Assembly: GCA_023247075.1 (NCBI GenBank)
Contig: JAHFHD010000003.1
Location: forward strand, 1-44,161
DNA: 44,161 nucleotides
Direction of reading: 5' to 3'
From: Candidatus Omnitrophota bacterium
Lineage (GTDB): Bacteria > Omnitrophota > Omnitrophia > Omnitrophales > Danuiimicrobiaceae
Shown: piece after piece, positions 25,826 to 34,054 of the stretch
Layout: every line of letters starts with the position of its first letter
How positions within the stretch are numbered: the first letter of the stretch is position 1
Made by a program: the position numbers and the translations under genes
The notes under the pieces: generated by a model
The model's input: the letters and a program-made list of their open reading frames with translations, nothing else
Databases searched by the model: none
What the model was told of the DNA's origin: nothing

Positions 25826-27460
25826 ATGTTGCATTCAAAGCACGCCATTAAATCTAAAACTCTGAGCGGTTCTCAAATTGAGGTCGAGCAACTTCAAAAA
25901 AAAGTGGAATTACTTCAAAAAGAGCTTGAGCTGCGCGAGCTCGACGCAAAGAAATCTCAGGAAGACTTCACTATTTTGCGGCAAGAGCTGAAGCGAAGCC
26001 GGGAACAAACACGTGTCGTGATTGAAACGGCAAGTGACGCCTTCATCGGAACGGATGCGCGCGGGCTTATTATTGATTGGGACCGTCAAGCGGAAATTAC
26101 ATTTGGCTGGTCCCGGTCTGAAGTCGTTGGTCTTCCATTTGCAGACACAGTTATTTCCCCAAAATTTAGAACTGCTTATGATGAAACCATCCAGCGATTT
26201 GTAGAAACAGGAGACGGGCAAATTTTCATCAATCGAAGATTCCAGACAACGGCGCTTGACCGGAATATGCGCGAATTTCCGATTGAACTTTCAGTTTGGC
26301 CGGTGGATGGCGGGGCTGCCTACCGGTTTAATGCATTTGTACGTGACATGAGTGAGCGTAAGCGCCTTGAGCATCTTAAGAATGAATTTGTGAGCACAGT
26401 TTCTCACGAGCTCAGGACACCAATGACGATTATTCGTGAAGGAGTGAGTCAGGTGGTCGATGGCCTTTTAGGTTCGATTAATGAAGAACAGAAACAATTC
26501 CTCAATATTTCGCTTGGCGCCATTGACCGATTAACCCGAATTGTCAATGACCTGCTTGATTTCTCAAAGATTGAATCCGGAAAAGTCGAGCTTAAAAAAG
26601 AACATGTTGACTTAACAAAACTCGCCCAGGACGTTATCTCGAATTTTCATTCCCGCGCTCAGGAACTTGGACTTGAAATTTGTTTTGAACCTTCAAGTCC
26701 AAAACTCGAGCTTTACCTTGATCGTGACAAGGCGATTCAGATTTTTATAAATTTAATTGGAAACGCACTCAAATTTACTGACACTGGATTGATTACCATT
26801 TCCATCACGGACCGGGAAAAAATGGTGGAGTGCAGCGTCAAAGACACCGGCCGCGGAATCAGCGCTCGCGACCTTCCTCATGTGTTTGGGAAGTTTCAGC
26901 AGTTTTCAAGAGAAGCGGGCCCGGGAGAAAAAGGAACGGGACTTGGGCTTGCCATTTGCAAGGGCCTGGTCGAGCTTCATGGAGGAGCAATTACAGTTTC
27001 AAGCGAACTTGGTTCCGGCACCACATTTACATTTTCATTTCCAAAGTACACGGCAAGGCAGGTTTTTTTGCAGCGCTTGATACACGAGGTAAACGAAGCT
27101 ATGCGCAGGGAAGAATCCCTTGCGGTTTTGCTTCTGACCATTTCGCGTCTTGATTTTGTACGCCGCACCGTTGGTGAAGAACGTTTTCAAATGATTCAGA
27201 AAAAAATGTTAGGTCGAATTCAAGGTGAGTTGAGGACTCAGGATGACCATATTGTCAGTGACCCCCCGCACGTACTTGCAACATTTCGGAAAACGAAAAA
27301 AGAAGATGCACTTTTAATCGGCGGCCGGCTTCAGCAAATCCTGGATGAGGAACTCACACAGCAAGGCATTGTGGATCAAGTGGGTATTGGATGCCGCGTT
27401 GTAAGCTTTCCGGATGAAGCTCTGAATGCTGATGACCTCCTCAACCTTTTGTTCCGTTAA
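25826..27460 (+). CDS. Soluble histidine kinase: coiled coil, PAS, HisKA, HATPase, degenerate GGDEF-like C-terminal domain
   Basis: No TM segment. H-box VSHELRTPMT, N-box LIGNALKFT, G-boxes DTGRGI and GTGLGLAI. The C-terminal ~135 aa follow a GGDEF-fold pattern with DPPHV in place of GGEEF. Confidence 0.88.
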   Translation: MLHSKHAIKSKTLSGSQIEVEQLQKKVELLQKELELRELDAKKSQEDFTILRQELKRSREQTRVVIETASDAFIGTDARGLIIDWDRQAEITFGWSRSEVVGLPFADTVISPKFRTAYDETIQRFVETGDGQIFINRRFQTTALDRNMREFPIELSVWPVDGGAAYRFNAFVRDMSERKRLEHLKNEFVSTVSHELRTPMTIIREGVSQVVDGLLGSINEEQKQFLNISLGAIDRLTRIVNDLLDFSKIESGKVELKKEHVDLTKLAQDVISNFHSRAQELGLEICFEPSSPKLELYLDRDKAIQIFINLIGNALKFTDTGLITISITDREKMVECSVKDTGRGISARDLPHVFGKFQQFSREAGPGEKGTGLGLAICKGLVELHGGAITVSSELGSGTTFTFSFPKYTARQVFLQRLIHEVNEAMRREESLAVLLLTISRLDFVRRTVGEERFQMIQKKMLGRIQGELRTQDDHIVSDPPHVLATFRKTKKEDALLIGGRLQQILDEELTQQGIVDQVGIGCRVVSFPDEALNADDLLNLLFR

Positions 27461-27481
27461 CCGACTTGGCTGGTGCTGCTT

Positions 27482-27844
27482 ATGACTCGGAAAGTATTGG
27501 TTGTGGAAGATGAGCCTGTACTTGCTGCAATGATTCAGTCGCGGCTTGAATCGAATCAATATGAAGTTTCAATCGCGGGGAATGGATTGGAAGGACTCAA
27601 GCAAATTGAAAGAGCGAAGCCAGATCTGATTGTGATGGACATTGCGATGCCTCAAATGGATGGCTACACGCTCGCAAAAATGCTTCGGAGCCGAATAGAA
27701 TTTAAAGAAATTCCAGTGATTGTCGTCACAGCAAAGGGAAATCAGCTCAAAAGTCTGTTTGAACTTGAGGGAATCACTGATTATTTAATTAAGCCATTTC
27801 AGGCCCAGGAGTTGCTTGAGCGAGTCAAGAAGCACATTGGTTAA
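27482..27844 (+). CDS. Single-domain response regulator
   Basis: Motifs MTRKVLVVEDEP, DLIVMDIAMPQMDG, VVTAK and IKPF. Confidence 0.9.
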   Translation: MTRKVLVVEDEPVLAAMIQSRLESNQYEVSIAGNGLEGLKQIERAKPDLIVMDIAMPQMDGYTLAKMLRSRIEFKEIPVIVVTAKGNQLKSLFELEGITDYLIKPFQAQELLERVKKHIG

Positions 27845-27858
27845 GGAGCATTAGAATC

Positions 27859-29064
27859 ATGATGGAAAAACGGGACGAGGAAACCAGAAAAAATATTTTG
27901 GAAGAACTTTTAAATCTTAAGCGCGATCTTGATGTGCTGAAACAATATGTGGATGAACGCGTTCAAGGCGAGCACGACACTCAGACATTTATTCAAAAAA
28001 TCTCTCACCTTTTAAGAACTCCGCTTACAACCGTTCGGGAGAGTATTTCACAAGTCCGAGAAGGTCTTTTTGGTCCGGTTTTGGACGAACAAAATGATTA
28101 TTTAAATTCTGCCCTTCACGAACTCGACCGGCTCAAACGAATCCTCGAAGATTATCTTGATCTTTCAAAAATTGAATCGGGCATCGTCTCGCTCAGGAAA
28201 GAGAAGATTGATTTAGCGCGTCTTGCTCAAAAAACTGCACGTCAATTTGAGCTTTACGCAAAGCAGAAAAATCTTTTAGTGACCACTTCCTTTTCAAGTG
28301 AGAAAATAGAAGTGTTTGCAGATCCGGACCGGTTGACTCAAGTGTTGACCAATCTGCTTGGGAACGCCATTAAATTTACAGAAGAAGGAGCCATTCACGT
28401 TTCAGTCACGGAATTGGCGGAAACAGTTGAATGTTCTGTCTCTGATACCGGAGTTGGAATTGACGAGGCAGATTTACCCAGTCTCTTTACCCGATTTAAG
28501 CAAGTAGGACCATCAAAAGGAGCAGCGCTTGGCACGGGACTTGGTCTTGCCATCAGCAAACAGTTTATTGAATCGCACGGCGGTCAAATCCGAGCAGAGA
28601 GTCACGAAAAAACAGGTTCAAAATTTATTTTCACGCTTCCGAAGCTTGACATTTCTTATGTGCTCAGAGAATCGGTTGCGAGCGGCCTTGCTGATGCGAT
28701 TCAGAAAGAAACAGAGCTTTCGCTCTTGCTTTTTAATGTGACCAATTATGACGAAGTATTGAAGCGTGTCGGCGAAGCAGAAATGGCCCAGATGACTTCA
28801 AGGCTCTCAGAGGTGATTCGCGGTAGTTTCAGGAAAAATGTGGACCAAGCACTTGCCTGGGACGTCAAAAGGGTTCTCGCAATTTTGCCGAGAACCAATC
28901 GGGATCAGGCGCTTGAGGTGGGAAAGAGGATTCAGACTCTTGTCGAAAAAGATTCAGAAATGATTAAAACAACATCGGCACTTCACATTGACTTCCACGT
29001 TACCAATTTTCCGACAGATGGACGGACCGAAGAGATTCTTTTAAAAAAGGCGTTTTCAGAGTAA
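27859..29064 (+). CDS. Soluble histidine kinase without an N-terminal sensor domain; HisKA, HATPase, degenerate GGDEF-like C-terminal domain
   Basis: H-box ISHLLRTPLT, N-box LLGNAIKFT, G-boxes DTGVGI and GTGLGLAI. The C-terminal ~135 aa have DVKRV in place of GGEEF. Confidence 0.88.
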   Translation: MMEKRDEETRKNILEELLNLKRDLDVLKQYVDERVQGEHDTQTFIQKISHLLRTPLTTVRESISQVREGLFGPVLDEQNDYLNSALHELDRLKRILEDYLDLSKIESGIVSLRKEKIDLARLAQKTARQFELYAKQKNLLVTTSFSSEKIEVFADPDRLTQVLTNLLGNAIKFTEEGAIHVSVTELAETVECSVSDTGVGIDEADLPSLFTRFKQVGPSKGAALGTGLGLAISKQFIESHGGQIRAESHEKTGSKFIFTLPKLDISYVLRESVASGLADAIQKETELSLLLFNVTNYDEVLKRVGEAEMAQMTSRLSEVIRGSFRKNVDQALAWDVKRVLAILPRTNRDQALEVGKRIQTLVEKDSEMIKTTSALHIDFHVTNFPTDGRTEEILLKKAFSE

Positions 29065-29120
29065 AGTATTGTCCTGTTTGGCCTTCATAAAAGTAGTAGC
29101 TTATAATTCAGGAGTGCTTT

Positions 29121-29489
29121 GTGGCGAAAAAGATTTTGCTCGTCGACGACGAACCCCAAATATTGATGCTGGTTGCAGCCCGCCTCCGGGCGAATGGGTA
29201 TGAAGTGGTAACGGCGTCAGATGGGGAGGCAGGTCTCAAAAAAGCTCAAAGTGAGCAGCCAGACCTCGTCATCCTTGATTTGATGATGCCCAAGATGGAT
29301 GGCTACCAGGTGTGTGCTGCTCTTAAGGGAGATCAGCGGTACCAGAAAATTCCAATTCTGATTTTTACAGCAAAAGCAGGTGAAGAAGAACGGCGAGTCG
29401 GCCTTGAAGATTGCGGAGCCAATGGATTTTTAATCAAGCCCTTTGAGCCGGCATCTTTGCTTGCGAAAGTGGCTGAGATTTTGGGATGA
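29121..29489 (+). CDS. Single-domain response regulator, translationally coupled to the pilus ATPase
   Basis: GTG start with AGGAG RBS. Motifs KKILLVDDEPQ, DLVILDLMMPKMDG, FTAK and IKPF. The stop overlaps the next ATG (ATGA, 29486-29489). Confidence 0.9.
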   Translation: MAKKILLVDDEPQILMLVAARLRANGYEVVTASDGEAGLKKAQSEQPDLVILDLMMPKMDGYQVCAALKGDQRYQKIPILIFTAKAGEEERRVGLEDCGANGFLIKPFEPASLLAKVAEILG

Positions 29490-31192
29490 AGAAGTCCAAT
29501 ACCTCGCTTGGAGAAAGCCTGGTATTTGAAGGTTTGCTAACCCCAGAGCAATACCGGCAAATTCAAATTGAAATAGAGAAAACCCAAGAGTCTTTCGTCA
29601 AAGTTCTGCGCCGCCTCCGTCTGATTGATGAAAAACGCCTACTCGCTTTTTTAAGCGCTAAGTTTCAAATTCCTCAAGTGGAGTTGACCCATCAAATCAT
29701 CAAACCTGAAGTGCTCAAGGTGATTCCAGAGATGCTTGTTCGCCGCTTGAGCGTTATGCCCATCCGGAAAATTGGAAAGCGATGCACGGTAGCCGTGAGC
29801 GACCCGATGAATCTGAGCGTGACAGACCGGTTGAGAATTGAGACTGGTTTGGACATTGATCCTGTTCTTGCAACGGAATCTGAAATTAAAAATGCGATTG
29901 ACCAATATTATGGGGCTAGAAGTGAAATGAACGATGTGGTTGAAAGTTTGATTCAGCCTGAAGAAACAACTCCGGATGCAAACACTCTGGCGCAGGGTGC
30001 TGGCATTGAAGAAGCACCGATTATGAAACTGGTCAACACCATGTTTTCGGAAGCGATTCGACAAGGGGCGAGTGATGTTCACATTGCGCCGGACAAAAAA
30101 GAGGTGGTGGTCAGAAATCGCGTTGATGGCATGCTGCGGGAAGTCCATCGTTACCCAAAATCGTCGCACACCGCTGTTGTGTCGCGCCTCAAAGTTATGG
30201 CGAATCTGGATATTTCAGAAAGTCGGGTCCCACAAGATGGCAGGGTTCAACTCGAAAGTCAGGGAGAACAAGTCGATCTTCGTGTGTCGATTGTCCCGAC
30301 CATTCACGGAGAAAATTTGGTCATTCGGCTGCTGAATCTTTCAACAGCCGTCCGTTCTCTTGAGGATTTGGGAATGCTCGAAGCAGATTCAGAAAGTTTC
30401 AGGCATTTAATTTTAAAGCCTTACGGCATGCTTTTAATTACGGGACCGACGGGGAGTGGAAAAACCACGACGCTTTATGCAGCACTTCATCAAATCAATA
30501 CTCCAGACAAAAATATTGTGACGATTGAAGATCCGGTGGAATACCAGCTTCCGATGGTCAGGCAAATCCACGTCAATCCGAAAGTAGACCTGACTTTTGC
30601 AAATGGGCTGCGTTCCATTTTAAGGCAGGACCCCGACATTATTATGGTGGGAGAAATACGCGACAAAGAGACAGCTGAAATTGCCATTCAGGCTGCGCTG
30701 ACTGGGCATCTGGTGCTTTCTACGCTACACACCAATGATGCAACATCCGCTGTGGCGCGCCTGATTGATATGGGAATCGAACCATTTTTAATTTCTTCCA
30801 CCGTGATTGGTATTCTGGCTCAGAGACTGGTTCGAAATATTTGTCCGGATTGTAAGCGTGAGTTTCCAGTCGAGGATCAGATGCTCCGGAAGTTTGAGTT
30901 TGCCCGAAACGGTCTCCCAAAATCCGCTGCTTATGAATTTAAGTCATTCTTTAAAGGGACGGGCTGCTTAAGTTGCAGACAGTCCGGCTACCGGGGACGC
31001 TCTGGGATTTTTGAATTGTTTATTCCGGATGATGAAATTCGTGAACTCATTTTGCACAAAGCTTCGAGCACCTCCATTCGTGAACGAGCAGTTGCTAAGG
31101 GGATGAACGTTTTAAGACAGGATGGGCTTGAGAAAATCAAACGGGGAATGACAACCATCGATGAAGTTTTTCGCGCGACACAGGATGTGTGA
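29486..31192 (+). CDS. Type IV filament assembly ATPase (GspE/PilB family)
   Basis: 568 aa. T2SSE_N-type N-terminus, Walker A GPTGSGKTTT, Asp box EDPVEY, Walker B IIMVGEIRD, His box GHLVLSTLHTND, and tetracysteine CPDC...CLSC. Confidence 0.95.
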   Translation: MKKSNTSLGESLVFEGLLTPEQYRQIQIEIEKTQESFVKVLRRLRLIDEKRLLAFLSAKFQIPQVELTHQIIKPEVLKVIPEMLVRRLSVMPIRKIGKRCTVAVSDPMNLSVTDRLRIETGLDIDPVLATESEIKNAIDQYYGARSEMNDVVESLIQPEETTPDANTLAQGAGIEEAPIMKLVNTMFSEAIRQGASDVHIAPDKKEVVVRNRVDGMLREVHRYPKSSHTAVVSRLKVMANLDISESRVPQDGRVQLESQGEQVDLRVSIVPTIHGENLVIRLLNLSTAVRSLEDLGMLEADSESFRHLILKPYGMLLITGPTGSGKTTTLYAALHQINTPDKNIVTIEDPVEYQLPMVRQIHVNPKVDLTFANGLRSILRQDPDIIMVGEIRDKETAEIAIQAALTGHLVLSTLHTNDATSAVARLIDMGIEPFLISSTVIGILAQRLVRNICPDCKREFPVEDQMLRKFEFARNGLPKSAAYEFKSFFKGTGCLSCRQSGYRGRSGIFELFIPDDEIRELILHKASSTSIRERAVAKGMNVLRQDGLEKIKRGMTTIDEVFRATQDV

Positions 31193-31269
31193 TGTTGACA
31201 GTCAATTCAAATTGGTAGGGAACGATTTGGTGCCATTCCCTACAGACCAAAAGTAATTAAATACAAATT

Positions 31270-32481
31270 ATGCCGACATTTGCTTATCAAGCTCGCACAC
31301 AGCAAGGTAAAAAAGTATTCGGAACTGTTGAAGCAGTTTCAGAGCACTCACTTGCAGACCAATTGAAGCGCGAAGGCTATTTCATTACCTCAATCAAGGC
31401 AACGGACGCTCACTCTCATCAGGCATCACTTCGTGTTTCATCTGGCGGCCGAGTGGGCGCCGCGCAACTGTCTCTTTTTTACTTCCAACTCGGAAATATG
31501 CTTGAAGCCGGTGTGCCGTTACTTGCGTCGTTAAAAGCGGTTCAAAAGCAAAGTACAAAACAATTTTTCAAGCAAGTAGTTTTAATGCTTGCAACTCAAG
31601 TGGAGCAGGGGGTTCGTTTTTCAGATGCTTTAACACGCTACCCCAGGATTTTTCCAGAACTCTACAGGGCAATGATTCAAGTTGGTGAGACAAGCGGCAA
31701 TTTGGACCTTGTTTTAAAACAGGTTGCTGAGTTAAATGAACGGAATGAAAAATTGCGCCATGAAATTTTCTCCGCGCTCGCTTACCCGGTTGTTCTTGTC
31801 TGTGCGAGTATTGCCGTTGTGACTTTTATGATTGTCTGGATTGTTCCGTCATTTTCCGCTATTTTTTTAAGAGCAGGCGTACCGCTTCCGCTTCCAACGC
31901 GGCTTCTTTATGGCTTCAGTATGTGGGTGAAATCAAATGTCTGGTTTTTGGCAGTTGCTGCAATTGCTTTTGGTTTCGGCGCACCCTTCTTGCTTCGCTT
32001 TGAAAAGTTTAAATATGGGTGGGACCGGTTTTGGCTTTCTGTTCCCATTGTTGGGCAATTAATAAGTCAAATCGAAATTTCACTTTGGGCGCGGAACGTT
32101 GCACTTATGCATGCAAGCGGCGTCCCAATCTTAAAGACGCTTGAGATGACGGGAAAACTTGCGGGAAACCTTCCCTTTCAGAGGGTACTGATACAAGCCC
32201 GGGTTCGTGTTCAGGCAGGGGAGAAATTGGGTGAGACGATTAAAGAAGGTGGCATTTTTCCACCTGATATTGTTCAAATGGTACTCACGGGCGAACAGTC
32301 TGGAAACCTGGACAAAATGTTGTACAAGGCTGCACTATTTTACGATGAACTTCTTACCCGAACACTCAAGCAGCTCACGTCTGCGATTGAGCCCATCTTT
32401 ATTGTCTTTATGGGAATCGTGGTAGGGTTTATTATGATTTCTGTTTTACTTCCAATTTTTGATATGCTAAAACTGTTTTGA
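31270..32481 (+). CDS. Type IV filament platform protein (GspF/PilC family)
   Basis: 403 aa. Two GspF-type repeats (LGNMLEAGVPLL... and VALMHASGVPIL...) and three TM segments. Confidence 0.93.
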   Translation: MPTFAYQARTQQGKKVFGTVEAVSEHSLADQLKREGYFITSIKATDAHSHQASLRVSSGGRVGAAQLSLFYFQLGNMLEAGVPLLASLKAVQKQSTKQFFKQVVLMLATQVEQGVRFSDALTRYPRIFPELYRAMIQVGETSGNLDLVLKQVAELNERNEKLRHEIFSALAYPVVLVCASIAVVTFMIVWIVPSFSAIFLRAGVPLPLPTRLLYGFSMWVKSNVWFLAVAAIAFGFGAPFLLRFEKFKYGWDRFWLSVPIVGQLISQIEISLWARNVALMHASGVPILKTLEMTGKLAGNLPFQRVLIQARVRVQAGEKLGETIKEGGIFPPDIVQMVLTGEQSGNLDKMLYKAALFYDELLTRTLKQLTSAIEPIFIVFMGIVVGFIMISVLLPIFDMLKLF

Positions 32482-32488
32482 GCATTAA

Positions 32489-32536
32489 CCCCCTCTCCCC
32501 CTGTAGGGGGCGATGGGAAAAAGTGCAGAACTCAAG
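32489..32536. repeat. Half copy of the CTTGAGTTCTGCA-type repeat
   Basis: CCCCCTCTCCCCCTGTAGGGGGCGATGGGAAAAAGTGCAGAACTCAAG. Only the right end and one G/C palindrome are present. Confidence 0.75.
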
Positions 32537-32602
32537 CTTGAAGTAGTTAAACTTTAGGGTATCTTTGTAGAGGGTGCGCAAATAACGAGAGATGGAGGAA
32601 AA

Positions 32603-33091
32603 ATGAAGCGTAGTTGTAGGGAAAACAAGTCGCGAGGCTTCACGCTTTTAGAAATTTTGGTTGTGATTACGCTCATCATTCTCATTGCCGGCATTGCGAT
32701 TCCACGATTTGCGGGAGTAACAGATGAAGGTCGGCGCGCAAAATCTCACGCAGAACTCAAAACAATTCAAACAGCACTTGAGTCGTATCTTTTGAATGTA
32801 TCGGCCACCCTTCCCGCGGCAGGCGGCGGTAACGTGGGTGATTTGGAAGTGACTTTGGAAGGCGCAACTCCGCGTCTCGTTGGTGAAATGGATGATTTTG
32901 TGGACCCTTTTGGCGCCACAGCCACCACCCAGTATCTTTACATGATTAGTGCAAATTCGAGATTTTATGTCATGTTTTCAATTGGTCCGGATCGCACGGC
33001 TGACATCACGGGCATTTCAGCAACTGGTAATATTACTCCAAACAGTCCGGATGACGACATCTTCGTCACAAACGGCCAGCTTGCTGCATAA
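32603..33091 (+). CDS. Major pseudopilin/pilin, GspG-like (prepilin-type N-terminus)
   Basis: GGAGG RBS. Leader MKRSCRENKSRG followed by FTLLEILVV (Gly-1, Phe+1, Glu+5). GspG-like core AKSHAELKTIQTALESY and DPFG...SIGPDRTADITG...DDDIF. Confidence 0.85.
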   Translation: MKRSCRENKSRGFTLLEILVVITLIILIAGIAIPRFAGVTDEGRRAKSHAELKTIQTALESYLLNVSATLPAAGGGNVGDLEVTLEGATPRLVGEMDDFVDPFGATATTQYLYMISANSRFYVMFSIGPDRTADITGISATGNITPNSPDDDIFVTNGQLAA

Positions 33092-33147
33092 CTTTCTGAT
33101 TGAACACACAACCTTTACACATCTCGCCATCTGGAAATAGAAACGCA

Positions 33148-33531
33148 TTGCGAGGCACTTCTGTTCGTCTCATTTTTAAGCCCCGTGGTTTTACTATTCT
33201 GGAAGTCCTGATTGCCGCACTCTTGGTTGGGGTCGGTATGTTTGCCATTATGGAAGCCTTCAACCGCGGATATTTTGGAATTGGAACTGTGGAAGATTAC
33301 AACCTCGCCCTTTCACTGACTGAAGAGCGGCTTGAACAAGTGAAAGATGCAAGCTTTGCTTCCGTGTCTTCAAGTGCCCGCGCAGCGGTGAGTGGTTTTT
33401 CTGATTTTGACCAGCAAGTGGTGGTAACCAGTCCTCACGCAGATTTAAAACAAGTGGCAGTGACCACGTATTGGCAAGTTCCGGGTGGAGAGAAAAACAC
33501 AAGCTTGACCACTTATGTCGTAAATAATTAA
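33148..33531 (+). CDS. Minor pseudopilin, GspI/PilV-like
   Basis: Prepilin motif KPRG followed by FTILEVLIAALLVG. There is no ATG upstream of the motif. TTG 33148 is the preferred start over TTG 33100; the start is uncertain. Confidence 0.75.
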   Translation: MRGTSVRLIFKPRGFTILEVLIAALLVGVGMFAIMEAFNRGYFGIGTVEDYNLALSLTEERLEQVKDASFASVSSSARAAVSGFSDFDQQVVVTSPHADLKQVAVTTYWQVPGGEKNTSLTTYVVNN

Positions 33532-34053
33532 ATGAATAAAAAAGCATTGACGCTTCTTGAGCTTGTTTTCTCACTTTCCCTTGTCATCTTTCTTGTCGGC
33601 TCCATTCTCTTCCTTTATGTGGTAGTCATGCGCGGCTCTAGTGAGCTTAGGCATCGGACAGGTGTCGGGGAGAAGCTTTATTTTGCACTTGAGCGGGTGA
33701 GTCGCGACGCGCGAAATGCAAATGCGATTTCAGTTGCAAATCACGCTTTGAGATTCACCGTAAGCGAGGGCGGAAGTGACACAAGTTACATCTATTACCT
33801 TTACAATGCTGCCGATTCATGGGTTCCGGCCTACAACCAAACAAGTTATGATTTAAGAAGAGCGCCGCTTACTGGAGGAATCAATGGGACATTTACCTAT
33901 GGAGCGGGAACTTTGATTGCTTCGGGTCTTCTTCCGCCGGCGGCCAACTCCACCATTACAAGTTCTGGAAATGTCGCGATTTTAAAGCTAGTCGGTTCAG
34001 AAAACAACAGCACACTGACTGTACGAAGAAGTGTGCTCCCAAGGAATGTGTAG
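33532..34053 (+). CDS. Minor pseudopilin, GspJ/PulJ-like
   Basis: N-terminus MNKKA followed by LTLLELVFSL, with Ala rather than Gly at -1 and Glu at +5. The start abuts the previous stop. Confidence 0.7.
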   Translation: MNKKALTLLELVFSLSLVIFLVGSILFLYVVVMRGSSELRHRTGVGEKLYFALERVSRDARNANAISVANHALRFTVSEGGSDTSYIYYLYNAADSWVPAYNQTSYDLRRAPLTGGINGTFTYGAGTLIASGLLPPAANSTITSSGNVAILKLVGSENNSTLTVRRSVLPRNV

Positions 34054-34054
34054 T

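Noticed and set aside
29486-29700. MshEN-type c-di-GMP binding motif in the PilB N-terminus
   Set aside because: The first 24-residue motif is only partly kept: SLGESLVFEGLLTPEQ, with Ser replacing the key Arg. The second, SFVKVLRRLRLIDEKRLLAFL, lacks both glycines. This is not enough to call c-di-GMP binding.
29651-30169. 172-aa minus-strand ORF
   Set aside because: It lies antisense inside the PilB/GspE ATPase gene and is a shadow ORF.
31215-31243. 8-bp hairpin GTAGGGAA...TTCCCTAC between the ATPase and platform genes
   Set aside because: It has no U-tract and the downstream gene is clearly in the same operon. It is not called as a terminator and may be only a minor mRNA structure.
32537-32602. 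Sigma54 (-24 GG / -12 GC) promoter upstream of the major pilin gene
   Set aside because: No TGGCAC-N5-TTGC-like match was seen here or at 17830-17860. No enhancer-binding protein is encoded in the window.
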